Assembly (NCBI GenBank): GCA_963822945.1
Contig: CAWGJO010000016.1
Location: 1 to 32,149, forward strand
From: an uncultured Gemmatimonadaceae bacterium
GTDB lineage: Bacteria > Gemmatimonadota > Gemmatimonadetes > Gemmatimonadales > Gemmatimonadaceae
Direction: 5' to 3'
DNA: 32,149 bases
Part shown: piece by piece, positions 30,041-32,149 of the stretch
How the letters are laid out: each line of letters starts with the position of its first letter
How positions within the stretch are numbered: the first letter of the stretch is position 1
Translations under genes and position numbers: made by a program
Notes under the pieces: generated by a model
The model's input: only the letters and a program-made list of their open reading frames with translations
What the model was told of the DNA's origin: nothing
Databases searched by the model: none

Positions 30041-31642
30041 ATGCTGGTCTTCCGGTCGACGGCCATCACGTCAATCATGCTGGCCACAGCGCTGGCGCTT
30101 CCAGCGGCGGCCCAACAGGCGCAGACCAAGCCTTGCTCCGTGGACGAGGGCAAGCCGTCGGAGGTCGCGCGGGCATACCTCACCATTTCGCAGGTGGCCG
30201 GCGCGGCTCCGGACGCCAAGCCGGAAGAGATCGAAAGCAAACTGGCCAGCGCGGTGCGCCTGCTCTCGCAGGGCGGCAGCGCCGAGAATCCAGTGGGCCA
30301 TGCGTACGAGATGGGCAAGCTGATGGTGTTGTGGAGCATGCAGCCCAACGTGCCGCTCATCGTCAAGCGGGGCCGCCTCGGATTCACGACGAACACCGAC
30401 AGCACGGTCAATCTGGCGGCGGAGGCGGATTCGTCGTTCAAGGTGGTCGAGAAGGCCATGCCGGAGTGCGCGTCCGAGACGATCAAGTGGCGTAGCCAGA
30501 AGCCGTGGATCTCGCTCGTGAACGGCGCCATCCAGGAGCTGAACGCCGGCGCGGTCGATTCGGCCGAGACCCACGCGAAGTGGTCGCTCTATTTCAACGA
30601 CACGGCCCCGTACGGCTACATGGTGCTGGCGCAGGTCGCGCAGCGCCGCCAGCAGACCGATTCCGCGATCGCGTTGTTCCAGAAGACGATCGCGCTTGCG
30701 TCGACCGATTCGACCTACAACAACGTGAAGTGGCAGTCGGAGTTGAACCTCGGCCAGCTCGCGTCGAACGCCGCGCAGGCCGCCACGGACTCCGCGACGA
30801 AGCAGCGGTACGACGGCGTGGCGAAGGCCACGTTCGAGGCGCTGGCCAACGACACGACGGCGTCCAACTCCTATCGGGAGTCGGCCCGCTCGTCGATGGT
30901 GCAGGTGAGCCTGGAGATGGGTGATACCGCGACCGCCAAGGCTGCCTACCAGGCGCAGCTGTCCGATCCGTCCAAGTTCACGTTCAACGAATTGATCCAG
31001 GCCGGCGTGGCCGCGGCGCATGCCAATGACGAGGAGGCAGCGCGCACGCTCTTCCATTCCGCCTACGCCTCCAATCCGTACCACCGCGACGCGCTCTCGA
31101 ACCTGGCGATCTACGATATCCGGGCGCAGCAGTACGATTCGGCGCTGGTGCTGGTGAACCGCCTGAAAGAGGTGGACCCGGACGGCAACAACGCCCGTTT
31201 GGCCACGCTCACGTACGCCGGGCTGGCCAAGAAGTTCGCCGATCTGAACAAGGACATCGTCGCGCGGTACGCGAAGGCCAAGGGGGCGAAGCTGAAGAAG
31301 CAACTCACCGATTCGGCCGCGCTCACCACCGACTCGAACCGCGTGTATACGGATCTCGCGGTGAAGGCGAACGCGAGCGCCGACAGCATGCCCGTAGTCG
31401 TCGCGTTCAACGAGTTCAGCAACGCGAGCGACAAAGTCACGCTGGGCGGCACGATTACGAATCACACGGCGACCGCGCAGACGTACACCATGAAGGTGGA
31501 TTTCCTGGACAACAAGGGAGCAGTGGTGACCTCGCAGCAGCAGGTCGTGGGGCCGGTCGCGCCGCAATCGGCGGGACAGTTCTCCATCACCGTAACCGCG
31601 CCGGGGATCACGGCCTTCAAGTACGCGCCACTCGGCAACTGA
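30041..31642 (+). CDS. Secreted TPR-repeat protein with C-terminal FxLYD-like Ig-fold domain, function unknown
   Basis: AGGAG SD at 30030-30034. Sec signal peptide ending ALPAAA-QQ, TPR-like helices (GYMVLAQV...SAIALFQK; DALSNLA...YDSAL), C-terminal G.ITN...VDFLD..G.V beta-sandwich. Confidence 0.85.
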   Translation: MLVFRSTAITSIMLATALALPAAAQQAQTKPCSVDEGKPSEVARAYLTISQVAGAAPDAKPEEIESKLASAVRLLSQGGSAENPVGHAYEMGKLMVLWSMQPNVPLIVKRGRLGFTTNTDSTVNLAAEADSSFKVVEKAMPECASETIKWRSQKPWISLVNGAIQELNAGAVDSAETHAKWSLYFNDTAPYGYMVLAQVAQRRQQTDSAIALFQKTIALASTDSTYNNVKWQSELNLGQLASNAAQAATDSATKQRYDGVAKATFEALANDTTASNSYRESARSSMVQVSLEMGDTATAKAAYQAQLSDPSKFTFNELIQAGVAAAHANDEEAARTLFHSAYASNPYHRDALSNLAIYDIRAQQYDSALVLVNRLKEVDPDGNNARLATLTYAGLAKKFADLNKDIVARYAKAKGAKLKKQLTDSAALTTDSNRVYTDLAVKANASADSMPVVVAFNEFSNASDKVTLGGTITNHTATAQTYTMKVDFLDNKGAVVTSQQQVVGPVAPQSAGQFSITVTAPGITAFKYAPLGN

Positions 31643-31664
31643 CGCGTCGACCGGTTATGAAGAA

Positions 31665-31702
31665 GGCGAAGGGCCCACCATCCGGTGGGCCCTTTGTCGT
31701 TT
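31665..31702 (+). terminator. Rho-independent terminator
   Basis: GGCGAAGGGCCCACC-ATCC-GGTGGGCCCTTTGTC forms a 15-bp stem (two G-U pairs) followed by GTTT, about 20 nt after the TPR gene stop. Confidence 0.85.
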
Positions 31703-31735
31703 CTCGGTTGAGGGGGCGGAAGTTCCCATCGTTTC

Positions 31736-31764
31736 TTGATTTCGGCGTGTTTAGCTCCTAAGTT
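31736..31764 (+). promoter_or_regulatory. Sigma70-type promoter TTGATT-N17-TAAGTT
   Basis: -35 at 31736-31741 and -10 at 31759-31764 with an exact 17-nt spacer, between the terminator and the next gene. Confidence 0.65.
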
Positions 31765-31856
31765 GCATGAGCTTCGGCGCGGGTGCGCCGGCGTGGTCCG
31801 TCGCCCGGGGATATCGGCGTGGTTCCCGCTCGTTTCCCCTCCGTCATGGATTGCCG

Positions 31857-32149
31857 ATGGTCAGAGTTGCCAAAGTCATCGCTGGAAGCATCGCCGAGGA
31901 GCTGGGCATCGCGCCCGGCACCGAGTTGCTGACGGTCAACGGGCGGGAACTGCAGGACTTTCTGGACTGGGAGTTCCTGACTGCCGACGACGAGCTGGTG
32001 GTCGAGGCCCGGCAGCCGGACGGGGAAGACGTGGTGTACGAGATCGAGCGTCCCGACGGCGAGCCGCTGGGCGTCGAACTCCAGCCACCACCATCCGTCG
32101 CTGCGCCAATCGCTGCGAGTTCTGTTTCATCGAAGGGCTCCCGAAAGGG
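31857..32149 (+). CDS. PDZ-domain radical SAM / Fe-S oxidoreductase (DUF512 family), 3'-truncated, with a one-base deletion near 32089
   Basis: Not in the ORF track. MVRVAKVIAGSIAEELGIAPGTELLTVNG...LGVELQP, then in the -1 frame TIRRCANRCEFCFIEGLPKG (CxxxCxxC). Confidence 0.85.
   Translation, partial: MVRVAKVIAGSIAEELGIAPGTELLTVNGRELQDFLDWEFLTADDELVVEARQPDGEDVVYEIERPDGEPLGVELQPPPSVAAPIAASSVSSKGSRK

Noticed and set aside
31767..31856. tRNA/ncRNA, or an in-frame N-terminal extension from ATG31767
   Set aside because: No cloverleaf, T-loop or recognisable riboswitch motif. ATG31767 is only 2 nt after the -10 box, so it lies upstream of the expected TSS.

Overview
GC-rich (roughly 70%) bacterial core-genome window. 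All 27 recognisable genes are on the + strand and most are translationally coupled by ATGA/GTGA overlaps. The LpxC-FabZ fusion, mcsA-mcsB-clpC placed upstream of bamA, and bshC in a diderm fit Gemmatimonadota (FCB group); this lineage call is an inference. Gene order: REC-GGDEF (5'-truncated), Zn-ribbon/Pro-rich/RomX-like protein, prfB (programmed +1 frameshift), lysS, lolE, lolD, mcsA, mcsB, clpC (one-base frameshift), bamA, skp, lpxD, lpxC-fabZ, lpxA, gnnA-like, lpxB, DUF374 (LpxJ-like), lpxK, gdhA, rlmH, bshC, murJ, uvrC, thrC-like, larC, secreted TPR/FxLYD-like protein, terminator, and a PDZ/radical-SAM (DUF512) gene running off the edge. No tRNA, rRNA, CRISPR array or mobile element was seen. 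The best candidates for new biology are: (1) a Zn-ribbon-RomX fusion coupled to a diguanylate cyclase, a possible c-di-GMP-linked MglA polarity module; (2) strong enrichment of Bacteroidota-type D-S/T O-glycosylation sequons in exported proteins; (3) a BamA cysteine pair that could tether POTRA5 to the barrel; (4) a diaminoglucose-type lipid A pathway; (5) leaderless and gene-internal promoters. All family assignments come from motif recognition and recall, not database searches.
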